A stretch of DNA of 51,032 nt, the filler included, from Sphacelaria rigidula (lineage: Eukaryota): NCBI GenBank assembly GCA_964200075.2. It is 3 parts of 3 records of this genome, joined end to end, with 100 filler letters (N's around TTAATTAATTAA, not from the genome) between each part and the next. Parts side by side here need not be neighbours in the genome. Positions count along the whole stretch, not along the records: positions 1 to 16,947 come from CAXNAA020001207.1; positions 17,048 to 33,990 come from CAXNAA020001208.1; 1 more part is not named here. The stretch is one strand, 5' to 3'. The number at the start of each line of letters is the position of its first letter. The stretch's first letter is position 1. The translations under genes were made by a program, and so were the position numbers. Below the pieces are notes generated by a model. That model was given only the letters and a program-made list of their open reading frames with translations, was not told the DNA's origin and made no database searches. Below, in pieces: positions 13,261 through 24,286 of the stretch.

Positions 13261-14126
13261 TTAATTTCGCGGGCGCTTCATGCTACCATCATCGTTACCA
13301 ACACCCTCCTCCACCGTGGCAGAAACACTCGCGGCTTTGCGTTTGGCGCCCTTTCCCACCGGTGCGTCCTCGGCGATGCTCGCGCCCTCAGGCAGCGCGT
13401 TGGGTGCCGCGTCCTTTTGCGCAATGTTCTCTCTCGCCGCCTCTGCCGCTGCACCGTGAGCTGAACCTGCACCTTCCTTTTCTTTATTGGGACGCGGCAG
13501 CATGCTTACCTGGGGTGTCAAACCTGGCGCAGCACAGGCAACTCGTTCCAAGGGAGCCTCGACACTCGCAGACGCAGGCGCCGCTGATGGCATGATAAGT
13601 ACCTCATTCTCAATGTGGGAGTTATACAGCGGTTTCACATTGGACACTACAGTTTTCTGCGCGTGCCCACCAATTTGCTTTACTAGCCCCGTTGTCCCTG
13701 TCTGCAATTTTAGGCAGGAAACGATGGCGCCTTTTGCAGCGGCAGTCGCGACTGCGAATGACACGCCGGACCGCCGCGCTGCAAATCCAACCGGGACATC
13801 CCGAGCACCGCCAGAGGGACATGGTGGGTCTCCTCTCGCCGACTCGGCTGAGACCTTCTCCCCACTATCTTTGTCTCCTCCGCGAGACAGCGATTGCAGC
13901 TGTTGCCCACCCGAAGAGGAGCGTAGGGATGCCGCCGCCGTCGCCGCCGCTGCAGTCGACGTTGCCTCTCTGCGGGAGCGGAGCTCCGCCATTAGTGCAG
14001 CGGCGGCGTCTCGGGAGTCTTTTGCCAAACGTGCGTTAGCGTCGGCGCTCTTTGCAGCCACCGATACGACCAGCGCTTCAAGCCTCCGGCGCTTTTGAGA
14101 AATGTCGGTGAGAGTCTCCATAACCC
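13261..14126 (-). CDS. Probable last exon of an unknown Ala/Ser-rich protein (coiled-coil start, basic NLS-like end KRPRN)
   Basis: Part of the 334-codon ORF 13261-14265. A pyrimidine tract plus CTTGCAG acceptor on the minus strand lies near 14127, with a GTGAGT donor near 14232. Confidence 0.55.
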
Positions 14127-14487
14127 TGCAAGGGGGTGAAGGAGATTTTGATAGGAGAGGAAAGAAAAAAGAGAAATACTTGGAGAGGGCAATCACGTAT
14201 GCTGAACGTGGGTATGTAGTTGAAATACTCACATGGGGAGAGGAATCCCGTTGCAAGTGGTCCACAACTCAGACACGTCGACCACGAGGTCGCGTGCAAC
14301 AGCGACCCGCGTCACGTCAATTTTTCATCACACCAGCAGAATAGAATGCGCATCCTAAATCAGATGCGGCTCAGCCGGAACGTGGGCAAAGACGCAGCAA
14401 ACTCACTCATCCATGAGGCGTCCATCGATCCACCAACCGGATACTCAAGATAGACTATATCAAACGAGCGACATGGCGTTCACGCCC

Positions 14488-16413
14488 TCAACAAACGCTC
14501 ATCTGCGCGGGTACGAACCGCGGAATCGTGTTCTTCTGCAGCAGTCTCAGCTCCTTCTGCACCTCCGATATTCGCACCGCCAATGCCCCCCCTCGCAACC
14601 GCGGTGCCTTCACCCCTCCCACGCCGTCGCCCACAATCTCCCCGGAGGGAACATCGTGCAGGACTCCCATCCCTGCAACAACCTGACGCACAGATAAACC
14701 GCAACCAACGGCAACACTACGGCCGACCACGGCGGCCAGCGGCGACGCCTGCTTTTGACTGCCGGCTGTTGTCGCAGGCGGCATCGTAGCCGGAGCGGAA
14801 CCAATCGCAGTACTCCTGGCGTAACCGCCGTGCCTTTCGGTCGTCGCAACGGTGGCTGAGGAATCAGCCACCGGGCTCTTTGAGCCGCTCGGCTGCGCAC
14901 TCTCCGACCTCCCGGCGGTGGAGCCCGCATCGCTGTGGGTACCGCTACTACCGCCAGAGCTGCTACGGACGGTGATATCGGCAACAGCAGCGGTGGAGTC
15001 CGCGGCCCCAGCAGCAGTAGGTGAAATGGCTCGAGGAACGGCGCTTCGGGTAGTAGTGGCAGTCGCAGCGGTCACAGCTGACCTTTTCTGGTTCGCCATT
15101 TCGCGAAGCCCGCTAATCAATACTTCCAGCGGCGGGGTTACGCCAATATAGCTCCAGTTTTTGGAGCGATCGCACCGCAGCGCCTCGCCGGTCTTGCGGT
15201 CTCGATCTAAGAGCTTGAAGTACGGACCGTCGAAACCGAAGTTCCACTTCCGTTTGGTCGGGTCGGGCGGATCGCCGGGCGATGGAGGCACCACAATCAG
15301 GCGCTTGTGCATTGCCTTGAGCGGTGTAACGGCCGAACGATTAGCTACTTGCGTCGCCTTCCAGTGGGGATTGCTCACGGCCATGGTCGGTGATGAGCTA
15401 CGGCCATCACTACGCGAGGTTGCTAACGCCGACGCGACTGCCTTCGCGACCTCCTCTGTCGTACCCGAAGAGGGCACCCTACTCTCCCTTCGTGGGCCGG
15501 TAGAAAGGGACGAGCGGGAAGCTCTAGGGTCCGTCAAACCTTGTCCCACCGCCGCTCGGCTATCTGTCTTGGAACCTAGAGCTGGTGCCGCCTTGACGGC
15601 CATACGAGTCGCAGAAGAAATAACTCGGGGAGTGGATTGCGGCGCCAAACTGGAAGCCGTAATGGGAGATGCGGCTCTCTTTCTGTCCTCAAAATCAGAC
15701 GTGGTGACAGCGGCGTCCTCCTGGGTTGCCAGTGCGCCTTCCGATTTCCTCGCGCCGACCTTGTCTGTCTTCCTCACCTCATTGCTCATCTCCTTCGCCG
15801 ATGTGTTTGTGTCTGCCGCCGTTCCTGTCTGTGCAGCCGACGCGGCAGCTGCTGCCTTCGCCTCCGCCTTTGCCTTTGCCTTTGCGGCTGCCGCGGCGAC
15901 AAGACGTTTCGCTTGAAGCCCTTGCTGGATATTCCGGCGGAGCTGCTCTTCGAGAGCATGCCCGCTGCCTTCTCCTTCCACTACCTTCGTCCTTGTCGCT
16001 GCATATGCCCCCTTTCCTGCGTCACCCGCTGGACCACTAATCGCCGCCGCAGGTCGAGCGTTTTGTTTGGGCGGCACCGCCGCCCGTCGTACAGGTAGGG
16101 TGCTCTGCGGCTTAGAGGATGGCACGGACTCGTCGATAGGTGGGGCGGGTGTGGAAGGCGGCGCTGGCGCCGCTCGCACTTGCTCCACCTGCACGCGGGG
16201 CGAGTTGTCGAAGTCTGAAGTGTCGAACCGGAGCTCTGCAAGCCGGGCCACGGTGTCGACTTTTTCAGAAGATGAAGCGAAGGTCATCAACAGCAAGAAT
16301 TCTGTGTAACGCAGGTGAAGATCCAGAGAGCGGGAGAGGACATCGCTGTGAGTGAGTATTCGCATTTTTAGGTCAACGGGAATAACGAACGAAGGACACC
16401 AGTGGAAGGCCAT
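14488..16413 (-). CDS. Large exon of the same unknown protein; low-complexity with two globular-looking islands
   Basis: 641-codon open frame. Islands are KRLIVVPPS...KWNFGFDGPYFKLLDRD...NWSYIGVTPPLEVL and QVVAGMGVLHDVPSGEIVG...GALAVRISEV. The true 5' boundary may be an acceptor near 16260. Confidence 0.6.
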   Translation of the reverse strand: MAFHWCPSFVIPVDLKMRILTHSDVLSRSLDLHLRYTEFLLLMTFASSSEKVDTVARLAELRFDTSDFDNSPRVQVEQVRAAPAPPSTPAPPIDESVPSSKPQSTLPVRRAAVPPKQNARPAAAISGPAGDAGKGAYAATRTKVVEGEGSGHALEEQLRRNIQQGLQAKRLVAAAAAKAKAKAEAKAAAAASAAQTGTAADTNTSAKEMSNEVRKTDKVGARKSEGALATQEDAAVTTSDFEDRKRAASPITASSLAPQSTPRVISSATRMAVKAAPALGSKTDSRAAVGQGLTDPRASRSSLSTGPRRESRVPSSGTTEEVAKAVASALATSRSDGRSSSPTMAVSNPHWKATQVANRSAVTPLKAMHKRLIVVPPSPGDPPDPTKRKWNFGFDGPYFKLLDRDRKTGEALRCDRSKNWSYIGVTPPLEVLISGLREMANQKRSAVTAATATTTRSAVPRAISPTAAGAADSTAAVADITVRSSSGGSSGTHSDAGSTAGRSESAQPSGSKSPVADSSATVATTERHGGYARSTAIGSAPATMPPATTAGSQKQASPLAAVVGRSVAVGCGLSVRQVVAGMGVLHDVPSGEIVGDGVGGVKAPRLRGGALAVRISEVQKELRLLQKNTIPRFVPAQMSVC

Positions 16414-16856
16414 ACACTCCCGATATTATTCTAGCCAAAGTCTCAACTTCGTATTTTCGATTAAAACCGGTTATTTTGGGGCTTTCAGTTACCACGAGTC
16501 ATCATGAATTTTTGTTTGATCTCAAACTTTGAGACTCGAGAGAAACGAGTACCCAAGACGAGTTTCGAAATAATATTTTCTACAACCAGTTTTGAACGAT
16601 TTACGGAGTCACCGGTGTTTCAGCCCCCGGTTCTTGCTCCTTGATATTTTCGCTCGACCGAGCCGATCCGGATCGTCAAAATGAAGAACTCAGCGGCTTC
16701 AGTTTTTTTTAATTCTCGATACTCGCTACGCTACAGCCGATAAAACGTGTGCTCGGGTGACATGCAGCCAATGACACCTCCTCCATAAACAGAGTTTCCC
16801 TCGTGTCGTTCCGACAACACCAAATCGCGACACTAATCAGAAAATGCCTTCCGTGA

Positions 16857-16898
<42 letters not shown>

Positions 16899-16947
16899 TC
16901 CCCCCCCCCCCCCCCCCACCCCCCGGGCCGCAGCACGAAAACAGAGC

Positions 16948-17047
16948 NNNNNNNNNNNNNNNNNNNNNNNNNNNNNNNNNNNNNNNNNNNNTTAATTAAT
17001 TAANNNNNNNNNNNNNNNNNNNNNNNNNNNNNNNNNNNNNNNNNNNN
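16948..17047. other. Artificial contig linker N44-TTAATTAATTAA-N44
   Basis: Exactly 100 nt with a six-frame stop cassette. Confidence 0.98.
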
Positions 17048-17519
17048 CTTTTCTTCTTTGTCAGGGATTCTCATAATGAGGCGTCTGGCCCGGGGACGGG
17101 AGGGGAGGGTTCCCAAAGGGTTCATATATACTATAATCTACATGCTACATACAATATATTTATATATATATATATCAAGGGGCAGTATATACTATATGTA
17201 CATGTATCATTTCACTTTTTTCACCACTTTTGCCGAGTTTCCTCTGACGGCAAGGCACTTCATCACGCGATTTCTTTTGCAGTGCACGAAGAAGGTGCAG
17301 CGGTACACCTTTCAGGTTTGGGTGTCATCTGATACCTGTGGCGCGTGTTCTGGCCATGAAAAGTCACCCACGCTGGCTCTTTTCCCGGGGTTTCGATCCC
17401 GAACCACAAAAGCCCGCTCATGGCGGGGTATTTTTTCACCGTGATTTTCTTTGCGTTCTCGACGATTCGGGAACGCAAAGACGGCGGTTATGCAGCGAAT
17501 GTCACGAGAAATGGGAGCA

Positions 17520-18075
17520 AAGCAGTAGAAAACAGCTGGACATTGCCTTGACTTATTCAGCAGCAAACACAAGTCGAATGATCTGAGATCCCTCATCATT
17601 TAGTTTTGGCGTGAAGCCTCTAACACGGTCATATCTGCGTAATGTGTGCCCCAATTATGCGAACATGACAATCCACAAAAGCATGGTGAAAAAAACTGAA
17701 GAATGTGTAGATTGGTATCAAAGGAAGGAGTCACAGTCACAGCTGCAGCAGGGGAAGTCGCTGATGGCCTGGTGTGCATTGATACGGTGGATACCCACGG
17801 TGCGTGGCATTTCATTTTTGCAACACCCTGGTGTCTGATGACGGCTAGATAGAGTGGGTACAGTGACAGTTGTCCACGCAGGCTGCGACGGATCCTGCCG
17901 GCCTCATCATCAATCTTCGCCCAGTCTTCGCCCAGTTATGGACGAACGCAACAGGAAAAACCAGCAAACAAGCGTCGTTTATGGTCTGCTGTACATGTGA
18001 GGGTTGGGAGCTGAATATTTCCGCTTCCAAAATCTCGACAGTCGAAGATTAATCTCCTGTCGCGCGACTAGTGGG
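17520..18075 (+). pseudogene. Ty1/copia integrase-region remnant
   Basis: FWREASNTV, then after a frameshift YLRNVCPNYAN (copia FWAEAVNTAVYLRNRCP-like, 17604-17663). Later EYFRFQNLDSRRLISCR (~18015-18065) resembles the copia SH3-like region. Confidence 0.55.
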
Positions 18076-18966
18076 TAGTGCCACGGACCCTTGCCGGCGT
18101 ACCTGGCACTGGGGGCGACATCCCGGTACAGACAGTCCCATCACTACCGGGACGGCCGTGCAAACAGGCCGGCAGCCGAAATGGCCGTTGCACTGGGGTT
18201 CTTCTAGCGTTATCAACTCGGAGTACGGCCGCACAGGCTTTGCACGCGAATATTTCGGTGATTACCTCACTTCCACTTTGGCCATGTGCTGTGGATTATT
18301 GCATGATCTCACCGCCTCATATGTATGGAAATGTATTACACCCTAGACAAGAGCTTTCTACAGTCAGTATAGAAGCTGTTGCCTTCTGCGACGTGCACAG
18401 TACTCGTACAAAAGTGGGAACTGCGCGCAGTATGACTTCAAGACAGAGTAGAAATCTCCACGCGGTATGAATTGTTACAGGCGGCTTGCGCCCCATAGCG
18501 GCTGTGCTACCATACAGCTCCACTCAAGATAAAGGCAGGAATTATAGCGGCAGAGGCGATCTATTACTCTTGCGTGCGCCACCTAGGGCGAATGCACACT
18601 TAGCTGCAACACCGACCGCTGTACTAGATGTGGCAAAGCAAGGCGTGATACACCTCGTACACACAGACAGCAAGCAGTATCATACATATATACTGTACTG
18701 TATACAAGTGTGATTTGAAATTCGTGCGCGCGGGGTCGGGCCTGCATTCAGAGAATCCTGCACAAGTTCGCCGTGTACTACAGGGACGCGACCTTATTTC
18801 AGTAGCAATCACTTGCGATTTGTGCTGTGACGGGTCTCGTGCGTAATGGTGTTTTTCCCACCTCCGCACATCGCCCGTGAAGCGACCTCTTCATGTTGGA
18901 AGTGTTCACCGCTTTTCCCGCCACTCTTGGTCTGAGACTTCAAACTGCGGAATGTGACAATATCTA

Positions 18967-19386
18967 ACAGTGGATTATCGAAATTGGGGTTGAAAAGCAA
19001 AATGAGGTTCAACTCAAAAGTCGTGCTTTCCCTGATCAGAATTCATGACAAATGACTTTCATATGGACCACCGCATCCCTCTCGACCTCCGTAAAACCAT
19101 ATCGGGGGATTTCTAGCCGTCCATTCCCCTAAAGGGTATGTGCGAAAACACATCTTTGCCTCGATTTCGGGGTGGAAAAGGACGTTTTTTGTCCCCGAAA
19201 TCGTGCTTTCGCACATACCCTTTGGGGGAACGGAAGGCTAGAAGTCGCTCGATATAGTTTTAGGGAGGTCGGGAGGGATGGGGTGGTCCATATAAAAGCC
19301 ATTTGTCATGAATATAGGTCAGGGAAAGCGCGGCTTCTGAGTTGAACCTCACTTCTTCTCCAACCCCATTGTCAAGAATCCACTGT
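18967..19386. mobile_element. Foldback MITE, 420 bp, with ~200-bp inverted arms
   Basis: Ends ACAGTGGATT / AATCCACTGT. Arms pair along the whole length (e.g. TGAGGTTCAACTCA / TGAGTTGAACCTCA). TATCTA flanks both sides (18961-18966, 19387-19392). Confidence 0.9.
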
Positions 19387-19663
19387 TATCTACTGGAAGA
19401 TACATATTCTCCCACACAATTGGCCCCATAATATGAAAGAGGAATAACAATGGTTGATTTTCGACTTGCGTCACCCCCGGGAGGCCAGTACCAACCCCCC
19501 GGAGGGGAACCTTCTATTATATGTAATATATATATGATTCGTATAGCTAGGTGTCCGAAATTTTTCTCCGCGCTGCCCCCTGGACCCCCTCTGTTTTTTC
19601 TGTTCCTTCTTTTTCTCGGAGCGTGTTTCAGTTTCGTTTTTCTTGGGGGCGTCCCTATCGTGA

Positions 19664-19728
19664 GACCACGGCTGGATCATGACTACCTGGGGGATAAGTT
19701 GAAGTGCGACAATCAATCAAATGAAATC
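19664..19728 (+). repeat. Retroposon-type 3'-end motif with CAAT tail
   Basis: GACCACGGCTGGATCATGACTACCTGGGGGATAAGTTGAA is nearly repeated at 41303-41342. Related copies occur at ~38230-38288 (inverted) and ~41203-41250. Confidence 0.6.
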
Positions 19729-20079
19729 AAAGTACAATACTGTATTAACGATGATGATACTGTATTCGGTTGAGCGCTACGAGGTAGACCGCACGAACAC
19801 TTGGTTTTAAAGTACTCCCCTGGCGATGCCCAAGCGAAATGGAGCGATCTGATCGGTAAGTTATCAAGCGAATGTGTCTCGCTCCAAATGCAGTCTACCG
19901 AAATCAGCAGGCTCGATGAAGCATGAGGTCACGGTCATGTTGGCCTCCAACACCAGGAAGTATCACTTTCTCCCTGTCACAGGAACTCCAGCTGAACTGC
20001 ATTTATCGCAGCGCACGATCTGACGATTAATGTTTCCCAACCGTGGGCAGAACAGAAACTGACTTGAGTACGAGTATTG

Positions 20080-20575
20080 CAAGGGCGGGTTGAGGAGGGT
20101 TTACCGAATGCTCGATACTTGTGAAGAGTCATACTCTTTGTACCCCGGACATTTGGGTAGATTGTTGATGTCATACCAAATCTTCCCAATTTTCGGGCAG
20201 AGTGTTTTTGATCGTATCCAACCTACCGAAATTTTGTGTAGAGTATCGGGGTGATACTCTAGTGATATTCGATACCCAGGTACTGCTGAGGGTTTTCGCT
20301 CAAATTTTGGATGGAGTATCGAAATCGTACCCAACCTACCAAACGTTTGGGTCGAGTGTTGGGGTCACATCCGAGTGATATTCTATACCCAGGTATTGCT
20401 GAGAGTACTTGCCCACAATTTGGTTAATTTGAGTATTTGAGGTCGTGCCCAATCCACCAAAACTTGGGTAGAGTATTTTAGGCTTTATCCAATCTTTCCA
20501 AACCTTCGGGAGATGAAATGCCCGAGTCATTTAACCGAGTATTCAAAAGTACATACCTCACCCGACCTGTACTTG
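20080..20575. mobile_element. hAT-type MITE, CAAGGG(C/T)AGGTCGAG family, diverged copy
   Basis: Ends CAAGGGCGGGTTGAG / CCCGACCTGTACTTG. Internal TTTGGGTAGAGT and TACCCAA repeats are shared with other copies. No TSD visible. Confidence 0.65.
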
Positions 20576-20902
20576 GCTTTGTCGATCGAGAACATGCTGA
20601 GGAAAGGTATGAAGGGGCACTTCACTCTCCTGCAGACCACCACGCCAGACACTACCCATTCACAGAACAATGCGAACCCCACACAACTCATTCTCAGCTA
20701 CTAGCGCAACCCTGCAGCATAGAGCACGAGCTAGGCACGGGTGTGGATTTTCTCCAGTTGTTGGGTATGATGTGTCTATTTTTTGTTGTCAAAAACTCGA
20801 CCGTCGTCCTTCATGGTAGAGATCGGCGGTGGAACTGCGTGGTGGAGTGGACAACCGACTTGCCTACAGTCATGGACAGTCAGGCAGTACAGAGCTGCAC
20901 GT

Positions 20903-21264
20903 TGTGTGTGTGTGTTGTTGTCCCATCTATTCTAGACGCCGGTCTACACCTTTCGGTATATGTAGGCGCACCAGCCGGGGTCCCTCAGGAGGAAGGTCAA
21001 CACAGGACTTTTTCCCTTTTTGTTTGTTTTTAGTACTCCGCCTTCCTTCTGTGATGCTTGCCTTCTATTTTTTATCGCGGGAAGGGTTAAGCAAACCCTT
21101 TCCCTCGTCGACCGCTAAGTCGAATTTTGTGTAGCCACGACATGGTCGCTCTCCACTGTTGGGCGTGGTGTGAGAAAAAATCCCAGATCGCCCCGAGAGT
21201 TGAACCCACGACCCAACCGCCAGAAGGTTTCGAGGTTACCATCTGAGTCACCGGGGCGACCGGC
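20903..21264 (-). mobile_element. tRNA-derived SINE with (CA)n tail
   Basis: Minus-strand head GCCGGTCGCCCCGGTGACTCAGATGG (A-box-like) and GGGTTCAACTC (B-box-like). The 3' ~100 bp recurs inverted at 38529-38628. Confidence 0.75.
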
Positions 21265-21604
21265 TTGTACGCTGTGTGAATGTATTTCACGTCGCCCTGT
21301 AAGCAGAGAGTACAGATAGTCGTGCGGTGTCTGTTCTGCCCGCTGCCCGCATCTGTCATATCCTACATGCAGTACGAAACATCCACACACACACACTCAG
21401 GCACACTGTATGCATACTGCGCAGATACTACAGTGCTGTACTGTAGACAAGCGAACAATTAGCGCTTCAAGAACTTCACTGTTTGTTTTCGATCAAAAGC
21501 TTGCGAATTCGCTTGGACCCAACTCGCGAGAAATGAACGAATGGGCTCAAATCAATGACACTGCACTTTTTTTTCATTCAAAACATCATGTGCTGGAACG
21601 CGGC

Positions 21605-22433
21605 TTACCCAATATTTGGGTAGACAGTTGACACCCTACCCAATTTACGAACACATTGGGTAGAGTGTCGGGGTCATACACAAGTGATGCACTATACCCA
21701 GGTATTTGGTTAGAGTGCTTACCCAATATTTGGGTAAAGCATTGAAGCCACACCCAAGTGATACTCTATGGCCGCTTCTTAGTCTGAAAACGGACGCTCT
21801 GAGAGTTGCCCTTTTGTGTCTTCCATCGCGGATTTTTGGCGGAATACGGGCCTTGTCGAATTTGGGCTTCTTTCAAGGATTTGCCATGTTTCCCACGAGG
21901 ATTCTAGCGCATTTTTCGATTTTTCGTACGCCCAGTTTTACTCTCGGCCGGGTACTCGATTTTTTCAGTCGCCACAAAAATCGTCCAGTTATCGGGAAAA
22001 ACACGTATTGAACCCGACAACTCAAAGATTGTCGGGGCGGCTTGAAAAATCGAGAACCTGGCTGAACGTAAAATCGGCCTACTAAAAATCGACCAAGTGC
22101 GCTAGAATCCTCGTGAAGAACATAGCAAGTCTGTCAGAGGGGGCCCAATCCGCCAAGGCTCGTACTTCGCCAAAAATCCGCGATGAAAGGCTTGAGAAGG
22201 GCAGTTCCCGGAGAGCCCATTTTGAGACTATAAGAAGTGACCCTGTACCCTGGTATTACTAATAGTGCTGGCGCAACGGTTGGATGGAGAATTTGAGGTC
22301 GTACACAATCTACTCGAAATTTGTGTAGAGCATTTGAGGTCGTACCCAATCTACCCCAAACCTTGGATAGAATAAAAACCTGGGTATTTTACCCGAGTAT
22401 TTAAACGTACATACCCTACCCGTCCTGCCCTTG
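21605..22433. mobile_element. hAT-type MITE of the same family, left end missing, hosting a nested insertion
   Basis: Right TIR ACCCGTCCTGCCCTTG ends at 22433. Same TTTGGGTAGAGT internal repeats. Confidence 0.6.
21769..22245. mobile_element. Foldback MITE, Tc1/mariner-like (TA target), nested in the hAT MITE
   Basis: About 210-bp inverted arms (CATCGCGGATTTTTGGCG / CGCCAAAAATCCGCGATG; CACGAGGATTCTAGCGCA / TGCGCTAGAATCCTCGTG). Splits the host motif GATACTCTA|TACCC.GGTATT. Confidence 0.85.
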
Positions 22434-24076
22434 CTCTATAATACAAACGTGATTGGACGAAACTCGCGCGGTACTGCAAATACTAGACAATGACTTTCAC
22501 ACGTCGGGCGGATCACTTTCTATAGGACGGAGGTCATACAGCTCAAGTGTGAACACACCTGTGTACCCGATTCGAGTGACACGGTGCAACTAGTTATGGA
22601 ACGGTCCATGTGATCCGGATATCATCGATCAGGAGGGAGGTATCTTGTACGAGTGATGAGGATACACAGGTTTTTCTTCACCTTTCGTGTACACCTGATT
22701 CGGATTACGTAGGTTTGCCAAAGAAAATCATGTACGGATACTCCGATCATTGAGATCATCATCAGACATATATATGTACGAATCACACGGGTAGTACAGA
22801 TCAGGTGAGGAATACTGAGTAACGTTTTGTTGTATACCTCATTTGGATGAGCCGAGAGTGCACATCTTCAGAAAAACATATGCAGCCCTACCGTGAAATC
22901 ACTCGGAATAAAATATACGTACTTCATGTTCCATATGCCTGGGTTGATACATCCCACGTTCGGACTTGTGAAGATGCATTGTACCGGGGCCATACAGGTT
23001 AACAGGTGAGGAAGCTGGATACTGTTTTCTTCCGTGCTTGATCCGGATCTTGCATACTTGATCCGATCTTGCGTACTTGATTCGGATCTTCAGGGTGCTG
23101 GAAAGGGCTTCTTGTATGCTGTACTAGATTCGGATTCCAAAGGTGAAGAGTAGCTTTTGGTGTATATGAGATTAAAATCGCACGAGTCGACGACAAGCTA
23201 CTGCGCTTGCCTGACCCGAGTCATATAGATGGTAACTATGTGATATTGTGCAGATGACACGGGCCTGCAGATCAGTTGTACGTACAGGAAAGTGTGTGTG
23301 TGAGGCTGATCGTACAGCTTGTCGCTCGGTAAAGATGTACGGGTGACAGCTCACCTCAGACGGATCATGATCTATGCCCCATATGAGCTGACCCGGATCT
23401 GTCACGAGCTCAGAGATGAAATCTACGCATCCCGAACATTTCCTCCCTGAACAAATCTCAGCGGAAAGGGGGTGTTATCCGACGTGTAGGTCATTTGCGG
23501 CGGGACAACAATAGGTCTGAACACGTCACCTGTACCAATAGAGAGCCCACAACCTACCCGAACTCATTAGACGTCATATTTTTTCTAACAGGGTCACAGA
23601 CACCCTGGGGTAGGTATTGTCCCACCCCCTCCGTACAGACGTACTGAGATCATAATCTATCGTCAGGGCTTGTTAACTACGAATGACGATTCCCATTAAC
23701 ACGCAGAGTGGTCAATCGAACGTAAGCAACTCACTCGCTGATTCGAAACCATTCTTCTCCCTCTTCCCGACGATGAGATGGGCATACAGGCTGGTTCACG
23801 CTCATCACCCAAAATCGTGTCATTAGCAAAAAACACGGGATTTTCCGAATTAAGGATGAAGTTTTTCTTTGGGGATCAACCTTGGGAACCTTCACTAACA
23901 TTCGAACATTTTCGAAATAAAAATAAAGATGCACTCTGCAGCCATGATGTGTGAGTTTGCTCATCCTCAAAAGAATCCATCCGCAATTCGTGAAATCTCG
24001 TGTTGATACCGAACAATGTCGACCTCGGTTCATTCCCCTACAAGGATTGTTATTGTTCGTCAGAATCCCCTGTTAA

Positions 24077-24175
24077 CCCTTAGACCGCGAGGTTAGTCTT
24101 CCAGTTGAATCAGCATCAATTTCAAGTGAAAAAAAGTATGCATGATCCAGAGAGGCTGATCTCGCGGTCTAAGGG
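24077..24175. mobile_element. piggyBac-type MITE, 99 bp
   Basis: Perfect 15-bp TIR CCCTTAGACCGCGAG / CTCGCGGTCTAAGGG, with TTAA on both sides (24073-24076, 24176-24179). Confidence 0.9.
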
Positions 24176-24286
24176 TTAACACGGGATTTTACACATTGCG
24201 GATTGATGTGTTATTTGAGATGAGCGAGGCCACCCATCACGGCGGGATAGAGCATCCGCACCTCGTTCTCGAGAGTTGATTGATTA

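Noticed and set aside
13487-15916. Plus-strand ORFs 13487-14098 and 15161-15916
   Set aside because: Antisense shadows of the GC-rich minus-strand gene.
16858-16925. Long poly-C tracts as functional G-quadruplex elements; also 34408-34553
   Set aside because: They lie at contig ends and next to Ns, so their lengths are unreliable.
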